A stretch of DNA of 64,000 bases from the IMG/VR virus record IMGVR_UViG_3300046616_000188; one strand, 5' to 3'. The notes under the pieces are model-generated. The model saw only the letters and a list, made by a program, of their open reading frames with translations. It searched no databases and was not told the DNA's origin. Made by a program: the position numbers and the translations under genes. The first letter of the stretch is position 1. Each line of letters begins with the position of its first letter. Source of the stretch: a virus. Below are positions 9,665-18,400 of this stretch, piece by piece.

Positions 9665-10141
9665 CTAATATTGATACCAGATCATACCATAATCAATGAC
9701 ATAATCAATCCAGAATTGCTCCATCAGCGGCAAAATCTTGGCCGTTTTCGTCTCGAATTCACTTAGAGCTAGGTCCTTAACCGTTAAAATTTCGGTAAAA
9801 GTGATTATGTCACAACGTTCACCTATTTTCAAGGCGTAATTTGAATGATAATTCGGGAGAAGCAGCTGCTCGGAGTGATGCTCAGGACTGAAAAGAGTAT
9901 CTTCAAGGTCGTAGTTTTTCGTCTCAGAGAGAATGTGCCACAAGATATGCTGAGCCGATTCGATATTTTTTGTCACAGTATCAGGAATTTCCGACACAGT
10001 GCCGCCGCATGTCTCACAATATTTCCCGAGTCGAGACGTATCGCAACGGGCGCAGATTCGCCTAACCCCCTTTTCTGTCACGGTGAGCGGGCCGGTGAGA
10101 CGGAGATAAGGACCGATATAGGTATAAGTGCTATGGCCCAT
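9665..10141 (-). CDS. Zn-ribbon-containing hypothetical protein
   Basis: CARC...YCETCG; GGAGG RBS before MGHST. Confidence 0.6.
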   Translation of the reverse strand: MGHSTYTYIGPYLRLTGPLTVTEKGVRRICARCDTSRLGKYCETCGGTVSEIPDTVTKNIESAQHILWHILSETKNYDLEDTLFSPEHHSEQLLLPNYHSNYALKIGERCDIITFTEILTVKDLALSEFETKTAKILPLMEQFWIDYVIDYGMIWYQY

Positions 10142-10142
10142 C

Positions 10143-10391
10143 TCAATACTCCTCCACTTCAATCTCAATCGCTGGCTGATGAGCATTGAATCTTGCCACC
10201 AACCTCCAATCATCTTCATCAACATTTTCGAATAGTGTGAAGTATGAATATGTTCCGAACAAGGCTCTAACAATTTCTAGAGCTTTAGTTCTGGCTTGGT
10301 CCACATCTGAAGCGTTACAGACAACGTCAAGAACCGGCTTAGTGATGTTGCCTTGGGCACGCAAAATGAATTCTTTCATACCTACTCTCAT
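10143..10391 (-). CDS. Hypothetical protein
   Basis: AGGAG RBS. Confidence 0.6.
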   Translation of the reverse strand: MRVGMKEFILRAQGNITKPVLDVVCNASDVDQARTKALEIVRALFGTYSYFTLFENVDEDDWRLVARFNAHQPAIEIEVEEY

Positions 10392-10392
10392 G

Positions 10393-10815
10393 TCAAATCT
10401 CCTTTGATTTAAGAACAACCCTGTATTGCTTCAACCAGCCATTATCGTTACGCATCTCATTGATTGTAACAATCCTATCTCCATATAGAGCGAAAAGGGT
10501 GTCACAGTCTTGATAGCTAGTATCGGTATAATCGAAATAGAGGATTTCACCGTCTACCGGCGTTTCCAAATTGTCGCTCAGTGTGCGTGCCACGTCACGA
10601 GCAATGGCGGCGATATGATCCACATCAAATGCATCATTATCTTTCCATGCCCGTAGAATCCGGTACACATCGGCAGGATTGACCACGGCATGTTTCATCT
10701 CGCCCCAGCGAGACAGATTGCGATTTGGTGCTACTGGTTCCATATCTTTACAGTCACAGAGTTTTATTGGTGAGTGTGAGAAATTACATCCCGGTTTGTG
10801 GTAGCTGTTCGCCAT
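10393..10815 (-). CDS. Hypothetical protein
   Basis: N-terminal HKPGC...CDC; RBS. Confidence 0.65.
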   Translation of the reverse strand: MANSYHKPGCNFSHSPIKLCDCKDMEPVAPNRNLSRWGEMKHAVVNPADVYRILRAWKDNDAFDVDHIAAIARDVARTLSDNLETPVDGEILYFDYTDTSYQDCDTLFALYGDRIVTINEMRNDNGWLKQYRVVLKSKEI

Positions 10816-10816
10816 T

Positions 10817-11077
10817 TCAATCCCTCCTTACCACTGCGCCGTCGATTTGGCGGAAATATGTATTTTGAACCGGAACCCAATCTTCAGGATTATTAAAGGG
10901 CCATGAAGAGTGTAGCGTAACTTCGCTAATCATCATGCGTCGGTCGTACATATCTGTAAATGTTGCAGAGATATACTTCTCAGCCGCCTCAAAATTATCG
11001 AAATAACCATGGGCACCGGGAAGCATGACGTAACCATACTGATCCACTTCACACACTGCGAAAATTCTCTGAGACAT
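10817..11077 (-). CDS. Hypothetical protein
   Basis: GGAGG RBS before MSQRIF. Confidence 0.65.
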   Translation of the reverse strand: MSQRIFAVCEVDQYGYVMLPGAHGYFDNFEAAEKYISATFTDMYDRRMMISEVTLHSSWPFNNPEDWVPVQNTYFRQIDGAVVRRD

Positions 11078-11111
11078 ATTAACCTCCTTCAAAACCTCTT
11101 TTGATGACTTA

Positions 11112-11140
11112 TTATTACATCAGCATTGTGCCAGTGTCAA
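11112..11140 (-). promoter_or_regulatory. Repeated early-type promoter
   Basis: TTGACA-N13-GATG-TAATAA. Confidence 0.75.
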
Positions 11141-11406
11141 TGCTTTAAATAATCTTGATACACCTCTGGAAAAACTGGCCAAGATTCTTCTAACGCATTG
11201 ATTTTACGAGTCAAATATTCAAGGATGATGCGTTTTTCAGAGTTGGCGACATGAGGTTTTCCAAATTCATTAAATTTAAACAGCCGCCTCAGTCGAATAT
11301 ATTCTCTAAAATTTGAATGCATTTCTTCTATTCCGACAGGCCCGAAATACTCCCGCACCGGTTCCGGTTCACGTTCGAAATTTTTAAATTTGGACCAATC
11401 AATCAT
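11137..11406 (-). CDS. Hypothetical protein
   Basis: Packed, overlapping start/stop. Confidence 0.6.
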   Translation of the reverse strand: MIDWSKFKNFEREPEPVREYFGPVGIEEMHSNFREYIRLRRLFKFNEFGKPHVANSEKRIILEYLTRKINALEESWPVFPEVYQDYLKH

Positions 11407-11632
11407 GCTCTACGTCCCTCGTATGTTTAAAATAAAACATGACCCATTTATGCCGGTCCCATGGATCACCGTCATAATCTCCCGTCACATATCCGCACCG
11501 GCTATGCCTGACATAGACTTGATCGGTGATAATATTGTAACCGGTAGGGGCGTATCCCATACCAGTATCAGCGATGTACAAAAACTTAAAATTCTTTTTG
11601 AATCTGTACCAGAACAGGATTCTTTCTATCAT
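11399..11632 (-). CDS. Hypothetical protein
   Basis: ATGA overlap. Confidence 0.6.
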   Translation of the reverse strand: MIERILFWYRFKKNFKFLYIADTGMGYAPTGYNIITDQVYVRHSRCGYVTGDYDGDPWDRHKWVMFYFKHTRDVEHD

Positions 11633-12030
11633 GTCAACCCAAGCCTCTTTCCCATTCTCTTTTTCCACGCCAGATAGACCTCGCGGCCCCTTTGAGTCAC
11701 TGTGATACGAGTCCTATTGATGGTAGGGTTTCCGCCATGAACATTATTATGACTCTGATACCTTGACAGTGTAACTTCACCATCTCTGATCATTTTCTTA
11801 ACAACGGTGTCGAGTCCGAAACCGCCTTCGCAGTTCAATGCAGCCTGCCCCGTTCCGCCACGCCTCGTGCCACGATACGAAGACCATGACGGGTAGTCGT
11901 CAAAGCCTTCGATCATGAACATTAGCATGTACATCCGCTTCGGCACGAGAGTTCTGATCCTGCTCCACCGGTTCAGAAATTCATCATATTGATTCGGCTT
12001 CGTTGTTATGACTTTTCTGAAATAGACCAT
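11629..12030 (-). CDS. Hypothetical protein
   Basis: Start trimmed to MVYFRK. Confidence 0.6.
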   Translation of the reverse strand: MVYFRKVITTKPNQYDEFLNRWSRIRTLVPKRMYMLMFMIEGFDDYPSWSSYRGTRRGGTGQAALNCEGGFGLDTVVKKMIRDGEVTLSRYQSHNNVHGGNPTINRTRITVTQRGREVYLAWKKRMGKRLGLT

Positions 12031-12031
12031 A

Positions 12032-12277
12032 TCAATCCCTTTCAAAAGCTTGGCGAAACTCATTCCTTACACTAATGAGTGTGTCTACCTCTTCCATCGT
12101 GAAGCGAACGATGAGAACTTTGTGAGAAGGAGTATCCTCATCATCAGACGGAACAGGTATCGTAACGCTGAAGTGCTGATTCCTAGGCAGTCCCGGCACG
12201 GCATAATCACCCATGCCAAAGCTAGGATCGCCAAGTGCCAACATCTTTTTCGAACCTGTCTTATGTATCACAGCCAT
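12032..12277 (-). CDS. Hypothetical protein
   Basis: AAGGAG RBS. Confidence 0.6.
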   Translation of the reverse strand: MAVIHKTGSKKMLALGDPSFGMGDYAVPGLPRNQHFSVTIPVPSDDEDTPSHKVLIVRFTMEEVDTLISVRNEFRQAFERD

Positions 12278-12291
12278 TTCGTTTCTCCTTT

Positions 12292-12909
12292 TTAACAGAA
12301 TTTATAAATTCCTTGATGCAGTTCCATTAACTCATCCAGCATATTTCGCCGCGCCTGTCGCTCCCATACCGGATGGTTCCAATAAATCTGAGGTGCATCG
12401 AGCATCCCTTTGAGGAACTTGGTCCGACCCTCAACGAATTGATCCAGTGACACAAAAGGTTTATATTCTTCCCAAATCTTCTTCCCATTATCTCGATAAT
12501 TTAAACCGGCAAGGCCGGATAAGTCATAGTCAAGGAAATTTTTGGCCCAATGGGGAAGGGCGTCGTTAGACATGGCACAATGATTCTTTGACGCCTTGAT
12601 AGCTTCAAATATATGTTCTTCGGCAGGACTGTGATAACCGTCACCGCCAACGCTCTGACTCCAATACACGTCAGCGCTTAGCTCTTCGTTATACCGACAA
12701 ACGGGGTAGTACACAATGTCGTGGAACAGGATCGCCGTCATAATCGGATCGGTGATCCCATAACCATGATGCATCGCTATAGCGATCAAGTCTTCGATAT
12801 GATCAATGTTGTGATACTTGCGATGCGGCTCGCTATAAAGATCGATGATCATATCGATGCAATGAGAGAAACCATTCTGTTCCGCGATTTTCTTGATTAG
12901 TTCTGACAT
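12292..12909 (-). CDS. HD-superfamily metal-dependent phosphohydrolase
   Basis: YSEPHRKYHNIDHI, LFHDIVY, NEELSA, LDYDLSGL motifs. Confidence 0.85.
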   Translation of the reverse strand: MSELIKKIAEQNGFSHCIDMIIDLYSEPHRKYHNIDHIEDLIAIAMHHGYGITDPIMTAILFHDIVYYPVCRYNEELSADVYWSQSVGGDGYHSPAEEHIFEAIKASKNHCAMSNDALPHWAKNFLDYDLSGLAGLNYRDNGKKIWEEYKPFVSLDQFVEGRTKFLKGMLDAPQIYWNHPVWERQARRNMLDELMELHQGIYKFC

Positions 12910-13107
12910 TCACTGACTCCTCAAATATTTGACCATAGCATCGATCAGTTCATTCTCTTCCGGCGTATTGCTGACATTCTTGCAATCTTGTTCCAATCGA
13001 TCAGCAACGATATAGACATTTTCGCTACTATACATACTCCCTAGGGCGAAGAACCGCGTGGCGCAGTCGTAGAGCACAGCGCTTTCGAACGTGATAGGAT
13101 AATTCAT
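12910..13107 (-). CDS. Hypothetical protein
   Basis: Follows promoter, RBS. Confidence 0.55.
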   Translation of the reverse strand: MNYPITFESAVLYDCATRFFALGSMYSSENVYIVADRLEQDCKNVSNTPEENELIDAMVKYLRSQ

Positions 13108-13147
13108 TTTGAAACCCTTCTCCCTCCTTATAATTTCTTTTTACTTT

Positions 13148-13173
13148 TTATTACATCGTGATCAATGTGTCAA
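13148..13173 (-). promoter_or_regulatory. Early-type promoter variant with short spacer
   Basis: TTGACA-N10-GATG-TAATAA (14-nt spacer). Confidence 0.45.
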
Positions 13174-13195
13174 GTGATTTTAGCACGCAGCCTTA

Positions 13196-13522
13196 TCATG
13201 CCGCAGGATTATGGTTGAGCCTTATCATGCACCAAGGATATTCTCGATTAACAACGACATAGCCTCGACGTTCCAGATAAGGCACAAGCCTATTGTTAAA
13301 AATGTTCTCGACATAGAAAATGTGATCCGGTTCGTACCGATCCAAAAATTTAGTCAATGCGCCGCGCCCCGGAACATCAGCCGTTATGTTAGCCAGATCG
13401 ATGGTGTCGCAATTTTCTATCCGCCACGTCTTCCTGACATAGATATGCAGTCCCGGTTCTTCGATCCAGTAATTAGGCCAAGGACTGGCTAGGAATTTTT
13501 CAAACGATAGTTGTCCCATCAC
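13196..13522 (-). CDS. GNAT-like acetyltransferase-fold protein
   Basis: IDLANI.A..PGRGAL..FL...YVENIFN.RL..YLERRGY. Confidence 0.5.
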   Translation of the reverse strand: MMGQLSFEKFLASPWPNYWIEEPGLHIYVRKTWRIENCDTIDLANITADVPGRGALTKFLDRYEPDHIFYVENIFNNRLVPYLERRGYVVVNREYPWCMIRLNHNPAA

Positions 13523-13809
13523 CCTCCTCCCTTCTTCCTAACAACACGTACCGGCTTCAACTCGAAACCCAACATCCTATAAGCCATCTGCATCGTCACG
13601 CCTTGCGGTCTCCTAGTCTTACCGTCAATGATATGTTTAATCGTGGCTGGTGCCAGCCCTGAACTATTCGCCTTGGCGTGATACGTGCGTTTATCCATGA
13701 CAAGCGCGGCGCGCAACTCGGAAAGCAGTGGATCAACATCAGGCCTCTTGGGCCGATCCTTGGACCAGAGCACTCTTTTGATTTTGCGGGGTTTGTTAGC
13801 CATGTCCAT
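13519..13809 (-). CDS. XRE/Cro-like HTH regulator
   Basis: TYHAKANSSGLAPATIKHIIDGKTRRPQ...LGFEL. Confidence 0.7.
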   Translation of the reverse strand: MDMANKPRKIKRVLWSKDRPKRPDVDPLLSELRAALVMDKRTYHAKANSSGLAPATIKHIIDGKTRRPQGVTMQMAYRMLGFELKPVRVVRKKGGG

Positions 13810-13810
13810 A

Positions 13811-14188
13811 TCACCTGTCTCCGACTTGGTGGCCCAATACGATAACGACGTTTTGCAGCGAATCTATCTTGGTATGAGCGTCTTCCAACTTGGCCAGCAG
13901 TTCGTCCCTGACCGAGAGGAGGGCCAAGACCTCAGCCCTAGCATCCCCTAGTTCGTCTCGGACCAATGCTTTACCATTAGCGATATGAGGAGTGACGGTA
14001 TCGCCCCCGCCCCTCTTGGCCCTAGGCCTTGCCCCGCCAAATTTGTCGTGATACTGCTTCACCCAATATCCAATAGTGCTGGCTGGAAGGCCAAGTTGTT
14101 CCGCGTATTTCTCTTGACTCATGTCTGACTCGATCTGAGCCTTGGCATGTCTCATCCTCTCTTCAAAGGGTAGACTGGTTCGTGCCAT
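13811..14188 (-). CDS. HTH protein with coiled-coil C-terminus
   Basis: SQEKYAEQLGLPASTIGYWVKQY; heptad tail. Confidence 0.65.
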   Translation of the reverse strand: MARTSLPFEERMRHAKAQIESDMSQEKYAEQLGLPASTIGYWVKQYHDKFGGARPRAKRGGGDTVTPHIANGKALVRDELGDARAEVLALLSVRDELLAKLEDAHTKIDSLQNVVIVLGHQVGDR

Positions 14189-14195
14189 ATTTCAA

Positions 14196-14252
14196 ACTCC
14201 TAAGACTCTGGTTACGAGTCCTAGGAGTATAGCAAGACCAAGAGTTATGCAA
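14196..14252 (-). promoter_or_regulatory. RBS-sequestering hairpin with overlapping extended -10 promoter
   Basis: 13-bp RNA stem 14196-14228 covering AGGAG; TG-C-TATACT at 14226-14234. Confidence 0.6.
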
Positions 14253-14259
14253 GCCCCTG

Positions 14260-14442
14260 CTATTTCAGGTGATCCCTCAGACTGTTACTAGTGGTGTAGA
14301 ACAACAGAAACCCAATGGCGTAATCTATCCGCGACGTACCATGATTTGCATACGCGGCGATGTCACAGACGGCGAGGACGATCCACGAAACTATCATAGC
14401 CATGACAAATATAAAAACTTCTCTTAAAATAGTTTTTAGCAC
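14260..14442 (-). CDS. Small two-TM membrane protein
   Basis: Two hydrophobic segments. Confidence 0.6.
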   Translation of the reverse strand: MLKTILREVFIFVMAMIVSWIVLAVCDIAAYANHGTSRIDYAIGFLLFYTTSNSLRDHLK

Positions 14443-14455
14443 TTCAATTCCCCTC

Positions 14456-14659
14456 CTACTTCTTCTCCATCAGCCCTTCATCAAGAAAGTCATCATCGAT
14501 TTCTGCCCCGATATCGGTCAGCACATCAACCATTTCGAGAATCAGCAAGCGGCGAGCGTTGTGCTCTTCAGCGCTGAGACTGTCATCGTGAATCGATTCG
14601 CAGCAGTAGCGAAAATCGCTGAGCGTGTTGCGGAACTTACAATAAGACATGTTAGCCAT
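14456..14659 (-). CDS. Hypothetical protein
   Basis: MANMSYCKFRNTLSD; GGGAG RBS. Confidence 0.65.
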   Translation of the reverse strand: MANMSYCKFRNTLSDFRYCCESIHDDSLSAEEHNARRLLILEMVDVLTDIGAEIDDDFLDEGLMEKK

Positions 14660-14660
14660 G

Positions 14661-15047
14661 TTACTCTCCCTTCTCCCAAACCACTTCACCAGTTTCGATC
14701 AAGCGGTTCAGCGTGTCAATCGCTTCAGCCCTTGTAATATCCTTCCAAGATTTATGGCTTGGGTAAAAAAGATCATAGGAAAGCGTAGTATCGGTTACGA
14801 GCCCCATGAAAGCTCTTGCGACATCAAATCCACAAGGTTCTGGATCATTGCCGCTAAGATATGTGGCCCAACCGCTGATGCAGGCCGGGGTGCCACAATT
14901 TGGAACAGCGATAGTCCCGAACGCTTCTTCCCAAAGCTCCATATCTCCTCCGAAAGGCTTTGGATAAACATAATCCGTAACCATTGAGAAAAAATTCTCT
15001 TCATCCGCAATAGCAGCAATAACCTTTTTGATATTTTCGATGTTCAT
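14661..15047 (-). CDS. Phage protein of CGTxAC family
   Basis: CGTPACISGWA...LFYP...ITRAEAI..L. Confidence 0.7.
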   Translation of the reverse strand: MNIENIKKVIAAIADEENFFSMVTDYVYPKPFGGDMELWEEAFGTIAVPNCGTPACISGWATYLSGNDPEPCGFDVARAFMGLVTDTTLSYDLFYPSHKSWKDITRAEAIDTLNRLIETGEVVWEKGE

Positions 15048-15078
15048 GTCATAACCTCCTTCAAAATTTCATAATCTT

Positions 15079-15107
15079 TTATTACATCAATGAAGACAAT
15101 GTGTCAA
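15079..15107 (-). promoter_or_regulatory. Repeated early-type promoter
   Basis: TTGACA-N13-GATG-TAATAA. Confidence 0.75.
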
Positions 15108-15445
15108 TAATTATCTTCAAAATACTTAATACCCTTATCGGCGCGAATCGTGTCAAATTCGGCACGGCTTCCATGCGTAACACTGGCTAGGCCGCGCTGC
15201 GCCTCGGCCAGAACATCGAACCATTTATCATGCTGTGTCCCACCATAACTCAGAAGTAGCGCAACAGCGACTTGCATCTCAAGAGCTTTCTGGCGAATCT
15301 TTTCGCCTTCATCTGCGACAGTGGCGAGCCTGACCAACTCTTGCCGTGCCATGTCCTGACCTTCGCCAGTGCCGTTTTCTAGCGCGATAAGGATGAGAGG
15401 CATGACGCCTTTCCAAGTGATCTTGACATCGATAGGCTCGTTCAT
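15104..15445 (-). CDS. Hypothetical protein
   Basis: AGGAG RBS before MNEPID. Confidence 0.65.
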   Translation of the reverse strand: MNEPIDVKITWKGVMPLILIALENGTGEGQDMARQELVRLATVADEGEKIRQKALEMQVAVALLLSYGGTQHDKWFDVLAEAQRGLASVTHGSRAEFDTIRADKGIKYFEDNY

Positions 15446-15476
15446 TTGAAATCTCCTCTTAATTGAACTAAGTATT

Positions 15477-15505
15477 TTCTTACATCTACGCCAAGCCCTT
15501 GTCAA
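15477..15505 (-). promoter_or_regulatory. Repeated early-type promoter
   Basis: TTGACA-N13-GATG-TAAGAA. Confidence 0.75.
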
Positions 15506-15514
15506 GCGGGGGCG

Positions 15515-15745
15515 TTATTTCCCGCCCGCAGCTAGTCGTTCGTCCCATATATCGAACATGTGTTGAACATATTCCTGAGAAATGTTTGAACCATTCTCGG
15601 CAAAGACGTAATCCCCGGTATCGAAATCAACGGTACAGGAGATTACATTTTTGGAAAATGGTGATGTTACTTCGGCATAACCATCTTCCTCGGAATTGGC
15701 TTTGCAGATAAGATCGATGGCTTTAAAGTTCTTTACGTAACGCAT
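15515..15745 (-). CDS. Acidic hypothetical protein
   Basis: GGAGGAG RBS. Confidence 0.6.
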   Translation of the reverse strand: MRYVKNFKAIDLICKANSEEDGYAEVTSPFSKNVISCTVDFDTGDYVFAENGSNISQEYVQHMFDIWDERLAAGGK

Positions 15746-15971
15746 CTTCGATTCTCCTCCTCATACTCGGATGAGCTATTATGCCATAACGTGTTTGGTA
15801 CATGCAAGGAACTTTTTTGAATTCAGAGCCAAATCGCTTAATTAACTTTTTATAAATTCTCTTGGACCTGTGACGACTTGTTGGGAAATTACGTACCTCT
15901 GTGTCTTCCATGGCGTGGTCAGAAAAAGTAATTTTCAGGCCATTGAATGTATTTGGATAGGTATTAAACAC
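15723..15971 (-). CDS. Basic hypothetical protein
   Basis: RHRSKRIYKKLIKRFG...IIAHP. Confidence 0.65.
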   Translation of the reverse strand: MFNTYPNTFNGLKITFSDHAMEDTEVRNFPTSRHRSKRIYKKLIKRFGSEFKKVPCMYQTRYGIIAHPSMRRRIEDALRKEL

Positions 15972-16440
15972 TCTTCACCTTCCCGTTCCAAAAATCTATC
16001 AATTCAGTTACCTTGGTACGCCTAATTGAACTATTAATCATGCCACAGCATCTCAAATACCACGACTCAGCGCTCATTGGAGGTGCGCCGACCCAACTCC
16101 CGACAAACTGAAGCTCAGGAGATTTTTTGCAAAACGGGCATGGCAAGACTTCATAACCTGCGACCTCGATGCAGGCATAATCCCTAGTCCCTAGTTTTCT
16201 GTCCCGTTCGCCCAAGCTTAATATTTTGTATCGTACATCTTTTGGAACCGTGACCCGAAATCCGTCCCAATGATCAAACTCAGGGCTGAGTACATTCGCA
16301 TATCCAGCCCCTCTGACGCGATTCTTGGCCAAGAACGACAGGTTGCCGATGTTCCAACGATAAACGCCTTCAGGGAGAGAATTTACGCCTTGATAGGGGA
16401 GGTAATCATCCATTCGCGGCACACTCTGCCTTAACTTCAT
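15964..16440 (-). CDS. Protein with C-terminal Lar-like (restriction alleviation) Zn-ribbon
   Basis: LPCPFC...WYLRCCG...ELIDFWN. Confidence 0.55.
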   Translation of the reverse strand: MKLRQSVPRMDDYLPYQGVNSLPEGVYRWNIGNLSFLAKNRVRGAGYANVLSPEFDHWDGFRVTVPKDVRYKILSLGERDRKLGTRDYACIEVAGYEVLPCPFCKKSPELQFVGSWVGAPPMSAESWYLRCCGMINSSIRRTKVTELIDFWNGKVKSV

Positions 16441-16696
16441 CGAACAACGGCCCGCCGATGAGATGGACCGTTGTCCCGCCGTGGGCAAAGCCACTACTCG
16501 TAGCGTCGGACGAAACAAATTCGTAACCCCAACTATCTACGACTAGGTCATCCTCTTCCTGTGTCACGCCTAGGGCACACTGAATCGAGATACACTGAGC
16601 CCATGACACAGTCCTATCGTGAGCCTCGGAAGAATATAGGCCGGGGAAAACGAAACGGTTTCCCCTCTTATCAACGAACACTGGAAATTTGAACAT
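16406..16696 (-). CDS. Hypothetical protein
   Basis: Packed ORF. Confidence 0.6.
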   Translation of the reverse strand: MFKFPVFVDKRGNRFVFPGLYSSEAHDRTVSWAQCISIQCALGVTQEEDDLVVDSWGYEFVSSDATSSGFAHGGTTVHLIGGPLFDEVKAECAANG

Positions 16697-16960
16697 TCAA
16701 AACCCTTTCTCTTTAAGTGAGTCTCTTACCGCCTCAACCAACGTATCACCTATTCCTAATTGGTTCAGGTGTTTCGCCGTAACTACGAATTGATCCTGCT
16801 CCTCCCATATCACGAAGGAGCCTTGATCTTGGCTTAACTCAACGATGCAGCCGTTGACAACATCTAGATTGACATACTTCCCGAACATGTTATCCCGCGC
16901 TTCTTCATACACCGATTCGACCATTTCTGGTACGGTTACATAAGAATCATTGTTCCGCAT
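16697..16960 (-). CDS. Acidic hypothetical protein
   Basis: AGGAG RBS. Confidence 0.65.
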   Translation of the reverse strand: MRNNDSYVTVPEMVESVYEEARDNMFGKYVNLDVVNGCIVELSQDQGSFVIWEEQDQFVVTAKHLNQLGIGDTLVEAVRDSLKEKGF

Positions 16961-16978
16961 CTCGTAGCACTCCTCTAG

Positions 16979-17194
16979 CTATTCGAGACTGTACCAACCA
17001 TTACGTTCAACCAACGTTCCGTAGCGGCCAAGGTTCCACTCATAGTGGCCAATATCTATCAGGACCGGATCGGGAAGATCATCGACGGTGAGACCAGCCC
17101 TCCCCAAATCAGCCATGAATTGAAGGTTCGAGTGCAGCCCCGATTTGTTCCTGATGCTGATGAATTTTTTAATTTTTGCGGTAGAAATTGACAT
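16979..17194 (-). CDS. Hypothetical protein
   Basis: TAATG coupling. Confidence 0.6.
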   Translation of the reverse strand: MSISTAKIKKFISIRNKSGLHSNLQFMADLGRAGLTVDDLPDPVLIDIGHYEWNLGRYGTLVERNGWYSLE

Positions 17195-17529
17195 TACGCC
17201 GCTCCCTTTGCGTTATCCAATGCCTCGAAAATTTCATCCATCTGCCTCTCGAAATGCTCACCATCGAACGCGTCGATCAATGTATCAAGATCACTATCAA
17301 CCGACTCCATGTCATTGATAGAATTTTGAGACGCTTCGCCCCGTTCACTGTTTTGCAGGCTTTCGGGCATATTATTGTATGCCTCACTCTCAGCGTCATT
17401 AATTTCTTGAAGCTCTGTCCTGATTTCATCCAACTCATCGTGGATGAAAGTGATATGATCTACGTGTTCTTTCAGCGCAGCGATGCGATCCTGAAGTTTA
17501 TCCAGTGCGGCGCGACGTTCCTTGTTCAT
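17194..17529 (-). CDS. Acidic coiled-coil phage protein
   Basis: ESEAYNNMPESLQNSERGE motif, heptads. Confidence 0.7.
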   Translation of the reverse strand: MNKERRAALDKLQDRIAALKEHVDHITFIHDELDEIRTELQEINDAESEAYNNMPESLQNSERGEASQNSINDMESVDSDLDTLIDAFDGEHFERQMDEIFEALDNAKGAA

Positions 17530-17583
17530 AACAATCTCCTTCATATTGATGATGAAATCAATTTATCTCAATGTAAGGAAATG

Positions 17584-18192
17584 TCAAGTCCAAAGAGAGG
17601 TTCTTATTTTAACAAGACGAATAAGCATTTCATCCTCTTCTCTGTTAATTTTCTCTTCCAGAACGCCAAGTTCCTTATACAATTCCTCAACGTTATTCGT
17701 TCCGGTATAAGGAGAAAGACGCATCACATGCCCCTCTGTCTCAAATTTTCGCTTGCCGTAAATTTCGCTCATAAGCTCTTCGCGGCGCTTATGATCAGCT
17801 GGTCTAACTTCGTTCCACCAACGATACAACGTAGCAGCTTCAAACTCAGATTTACCCTGACCTGTCTCAACACCCAAGTCATCGGCCCAACGCTCAAGAT
17901 CATCCACACCGTCACGCTCCTCATCAACATATCGATCAAGGAGCTTGAACATGCCATGAAGCATGACTGTGTCAATATCGTAATATCCCGGCGCTAGATC
18001 GGTTCTGATCATGTGATATTGATGCCCGCTGTCGTAGCGATACCTGACCCACCACTTGGCACGATGCAAGATACGGTAAAATTTCCAACCCGGAACTATC
18101 AGGAATTTGTGCCACCATTTATCCCTGTTCTCACCATAAATCGAAACCCCGAAAAAACAGGACATAGAGCCGGTACAATTAAACCACATCAA
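17584..18192 (-). CDS. Hypothetical protein
   Basis: Long packed ORF. Confidence 0.7.
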   Translation of the reverse strand: MMWFNCTGSMSCFFGVSIYGENRDKWWHKFLIVPGWKFYRILHRAKWWVRYRYDSGHQYHMIRTDLAPGYYDIDTVMLHGMFKLLDRYVDEERDGVDDLERWADDLGVETGQGKSEFEAATLYRWWNEVRPADHKRREELMSEIYGKRKFETEGHVMRLSPYTGTNNVEELYKELGVLEEKINREEDEMLIRLVKIRTSLWT

Positions 18193-18400
18193 ATTTCACC
18201 TCCGCTACCTGCCTAGCCAATTGCTTCACCGCTGTCATGAATTCGTTCCGCTGCTCATCCCTGCCATGACTGAATTCCGTGTCAATGGTATGGCAAAAAT
18301 CTTCAACACTGAGACTACCATCCCCGATCCGACGCAACTCATCGCTGATCCATTGGCTCAAGGCGTGGCCCCATGGAACAAGATTTTCAGTTGATGCCAT
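18179..18400 (-). CDS. Hypothetical protein
   Basis: Packed ORF. Confidence 0.6.
   Translation of the reverse strand: MASTENLVPWGHALSQWISDELRRIGDGSLSVEDFCHTIDTEFSHGRDEQRNEFMTAVKQLARQVAEVKFDVV

Noticed and set aside
13811-14188. IS3-family transposase OrfA
   Set aside because: The HTH resembles it, but there is no OrfB/DDE gene and no terminal inverted repeats.
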